From a virus (taxonomy: Duplodnaviria; Heunggongvirae; Uroviricota; Caudoviricetes): 8,761 nucleotides of DNA. The stretch is taken from the IMG/VR virus record IMGVR_UViG_2645727563_000007. One strand, given 5' to 3'. Below the pieces are notes generated by a model that was given only the letters and a program-made list of their open reading frames with translations, ran no database searches and was not told where the DNA came from. Made by a program: the position numbers and the translations under genes. Positions 6,223-8,761 of this stretch are shown one piece after another (the stretch's first letter is position 1; the number at the start of each line of letters is the position of its first letter).

Positions 6223-6996
6223 ATGATTTACTCTAATCAGATTCGTTACAGTGGCAAAGATGGCATCTATTTCCACTTAAGAGATAATGTAGATGCCTTC
6301 TTAACCTTATCAGCAACTGAAAATATGGAATTTGACAGCCCTATGCAGGTAACTACACAGAACATGCAATCAGGGCAAACCGTTACAGATAATGTGCAAA
6401 GAGCACCCAGAACAATCACTATTAGTGGTGTCGTTGTAGTTGGCTATGAAGGAAGCTTATTATTAACTCGTCAGGGTCAATTAGTAGAAAACTTCATTGA
6501 CACTCTCGAAAGCTGGCGTGACCAGAAGCAAATTATTTCGGTTATCTGTAAGGACGGAATTAAAATTGATGATTCCATTATTACGAGTTTTAAAGCCTCT
6601 AAAGATGTTGGAATTTCAAATGGTCTAAGAATCCAGCTAACTTTTCAGGAAATTAACTTCAAAGCCATTGTAGGGCAAACTGATGTTTCAGCAGCTACTG
6701 GCAAAACTGCTACCACGAATGACGGTGGTGCTACCAGTAAGAAGAATGCGGGTAACGTGACTACTGAACGCAATAACGCACCTATGCTGATGTGTCAGGA
6801 ACTGTACAGTTACTCAGCATCTGAGCTATCTGATGAAGCGCTAAGGGTCCGTAGCAATTGCTCTAAAAATGTCACGGTGAAAGATGGTGTAAGCACCTTC
6901 ACAGCCTCAGCTAATGAGCAGGCTTCAAAAGTGCTTAAGTCGGGTAATGCTTTACGGAAGTTTTCTGTGAATCCGAATAAGAAGGGCACTTATTGA
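6223..6996 (+). CDS. hypothetical protein, 257 aa; by position possibly a distal tail (Dit-like) protein
   Basis: Start set at ATG 6223 with SD AAGGAG (6211-6216) rather than the track's TTG 6202. Immediately follows the tape-measure gene, the usual position of Dit in siphovirus tail modules; sequence looks beta-rich. Function is inferred from position only. Confidence 0.55.
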   Translation: MIYSNQIRYSGKDGIYFHLRDNVDAFLTLSATENMEFDSPMQVTTQNMQSGQTVTDNVQRAPRTITISGVVVVGYEGSLLLTRQGQLVENFIDTLESWRDQKQIISVICKDGIKIDDSIITSFKASKDVGISNGLRIQLTFQEINFKAIVGQTDVSAATGKTATTNDGGATSKKNAGNVTTERNNAPMLMCQELYSYSASELSDEALRVRSNCSKNVTVKDGVSTFTASANEQASKVLKSGNALRKFSVNPNKKGTY

Positions 6997-7000
6997 GACA

Positions 7001-7023
7001 TAAAAAGGGGCTTCATAGCCCCT
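7001..7023 (-). terminator. intrinsic terminator for the recombinase gene (stem AGGGGCT / AGCCCCT, 4-nt loop, U5 on the - strand)
   Basis: On the - strand the RNA reads AGGGGCUAUGAAGCCCCUUUUUAUG immediately after the recombinase stop codon (plus 7029-7031). On the + strand the U-tract is poor, so it is mainly unidirectional. Confidence 0.6.
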
Positions 7024-7028
7024 GAAAA

Positions 7029-8549
7029 TTACAGTTGATAAGCGTCAATATCCAGTAGCTCTTTATCAGCAATTTCAAAGATTGGTGACCCATCATTTAG
7101 CGGTAACGGGTTTGTAGGTATGGTGATTTCAGTGTCGTTCTGTAGCGTTACAGTTACCGAATCCTTACCCAATGTAAGCCCTTTTAGATGCTTGGACAAA
7201 ATCAACTGACACTCGACACGACCCACTTTAGTTGTCAGGTCAATATCTTTAAGCTGGGGTAGTTCCTTATCAGTGAGTGAAGCCTTACGCCTCATGTTAT
7301 CAATCGTGGTCTGTAGCTCTGTGCGCTTCTGGTTCAGTTCCTTAAGCTGAATTTTTAGTTCATCAATATCATCCATCTCAAGAAGTAGGGCGGTAGCTTT
7401 CTTGATTCTGGTTGTGACAATTTCAACCTCATGCTGTAGAGATGCAATCTCCCCCTCTGCTTCTCCATCATTCCCCACGTCAATCATTCCTAGAAAATTT
7501 TCAAGCATCCACTTATCAAACGGTTTACGCTTCAACGGAGGAACATCACAGCGACCATCAAGATGGTTATTGCACCGATAAACGCCCTGATACTTATTCT
7601 TAGTCCCTGTAGGGTGAACACTAGCCCCGCACTGACACCTAAACAGACCTTTGAAGATGTTAATCGTTAATGGATTATCACTTGCAGGTGTACGGCCTAT
7701 ACGGTTCTTACCAAGAATCTCTTGAGCTTTATTGAACGTTGAAGCATCTATAGCGGCTTCGTAGTAGTTCGGTATAGCGGGGCGGTCATTACGTTGTGAT
7801 GCTGGTAACGTGCCTATCGTTGTCTCTGACCTTAAGATGGTGCGTACAGAGTGAACACTAAACCCGTTAGCATCTTTACGGCGACTAAACGACTTTATAC
7901 CGTTGCTTTGAAGGTGACGGGCGATGTTATGCAGACTTTCACCACTTAGCAGCAGCTTGAAAATCAGTCTTACAGTCTCAGCGTGTTCATTGCACTTGAA
8001 AGTATCGGGGTCAATCCATCCGGGAACATTTCTTGTAAGACGCTGTTCACCAGCAAGGGCAAGCTTTGCACGTTGTTCCCATTTCTGACTAACACGGAAA
8101 GACTTCTGTTTACTCTCCTGATGCGCTATGTAGCTTTTAACCCGCTGAATGATTGAGATTCCTAAATCATCGGATAGAGCATCCCTTGTGTAGATTAGCC
8201 CATCCTGTAGAGTGTGAATCTCGATACCATGAGCAATAATGCGATTCATCAAGGCTTCTGTTTCAAGATGTTCAAGGCGGCCTATGCGGTCGATAGCTTC
8301 GACTAACAGAACTGTACCTTCTGAAAACTCCCCACTTTCAATACGGGAAAGCATATCCCCAAATTGCCCTGACAAGTGCTTACCTTTGTAACCGGATAGA
8401 CCCTCATCATTGAAAGATGCTACTACTTGAGCATCGCTATTCTTCTTCAACCATTGTTTGAACAGGTCGTTTTGTCGTCTGGTTGAATCTGCACCTTCAG
8501 CGCCTTGTATGGCTGAACTGTACCGAAGGTATGTAATTACGTGTCTCAT
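7029..8549 (-). CDS. large serine recombinase (serine integrase), 506 aa
   Basis: N-terminal resolvase-type catalytic domain (YLRYSSAIQ with the catalytic Ser; DEGLSGYKG; LLVEAIDRIGR), followed by a recombinase domain, a Cys-rich zinc-ribbon (FRCQCGASVHPTG...YRCNNHLDGRCD) and a C-terminal coiled-coil. SD GGGAG (revcomp of 8559-8563) 9 nt upstream of ATG. Confidence 0.9.
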   Translation of the reverse strand: MRHVITYLRYSSAIQGAEGADSTRRQNDLFKQWLKKNSDAQVVASFNDEGLSGYKGKHLSGQFGDMLSRIESGEFSEGTVLLVEAIDRIGRLEHLETEALMNRIIAHGIEIHTLQDGLIYTRDALSDDLGISIIQRVKSYIAHQESKQKSFRVSQKWEQRAKLALAGEQRLTRNVPGWIDPDTFKCNEHAETVRLIFKLLLSGESLHNIARHLQSNGIKSFSRRKDANGFSVHSVRTILRSETTIGTLPASQRNDRPAIPNYYEAAIDASTFNKAQEILGKNRIGRTPASDNPLTINIFKGLFRCQCGASVHPTGTKNKYQGVYRCNNHLDGRCDVPPLKRKPFDKWMLENFLGMIDVGNDGEAEGEIASLQHEVEIVTTRIKKATALLLEMDDIDELKIQLKELNQKRTELQTTIDNMRRKASLTDKELPQLKDIDLTTKVGRVECQLILSKHLKGLTLGKDSVTVTLQNDTEITIPTNPLPLNDGSPIFEIADKELLDIDAYQL

Positions 8550-8639
8550 GGTGATAAACTCCCATGCAATTGATTCTCATTTAAAGATGAACTTATAAAC
8601 GTTATGGCTAATGCTACAATGCCGAATAGCTACAATACA

Positions 8640-8761
8640 ATGACCCTTGATTTACCTCGCCGCTTCCCCTGGCCGACGTTACTTTCGGTCTGCATTCATG
8701 GTGCTGTTGTGGCGGGTCTGCTCTATACCTCGGTACATCAGGTTATTGAACTACCTGCGCC
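8640..8761 (+). CDS. tonB: TonB (energy transducer), N-terminal 40 codons; partial, continues beyond the window
   Basis: Translation MTLDLPRRFPWPTLLSVCIHGAVVAGLLYTSVHQVIELPA is recognised as the N-terminal signal-anchor region of Escherichia-type TonB; GC content is visibly higher than the upstream intergenic DNA. Confidence 0.9.
   Translation, partial: MTLDLPRRFPWPTLLSVCIHGAVVAGLLYTSVHQVIELPA

Noticed and set aside
313-8576. 7-bp direct repeat TTGATTC at 313-319 and 8570-8576 as candidate att core
   Set aside because: A 7-mer shared between two ~100-bp regions is expected by chance, and serine recombinases do not generate long direct repeats; not interpretable without an empty-site comparison.

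Overview
This window appears to hold the right-hand ~8.5 kb of a horizontally acquired, phage-related integrative element and its junction with the chromosomal tonB gene. Reading left to right on the + strand: a small membrane-protein gene on the - strand (82-270); a near-consensus sigma70 promoter (434-462) driving four translationally coupled genes (512-1823: unknown 185 aa, tandem ribbon-helix-helix DNA-binding protein, HNH_3-like small protein, unknown 66 aa); an acidic 107-aa protein with a coupled 25-aa hydrophobic peptide; a ~490-bp non-coding region (2404-2890) with a second near-consensus promoter, two related terminator-like hairpins and a leader that can sequester the next gene's ribosome-binding site; genes for 236-aa and 67-aa proteins; an intrinsic terminator; a 710-aa phage tail tape-measure-domain protein; two large inverted repeats; and a 257-aa protein. 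On the - strand a 506-aa large serine recombinase follows, with its own terminator, and its start codon lies 90 bp from the start of tonB (8640-8761, partial). Most products have no family I can recognise by eye. All calls rest on ORF structure, Shine-Dalgarno placement, motif recognition and hand-checked base pairing; no database search was run. The most interesting open questions are whether this is a minimal satellite-like element or a decayed prophage, what the RHH/HNH-like operon does, and what the structured non-coding region encodes.
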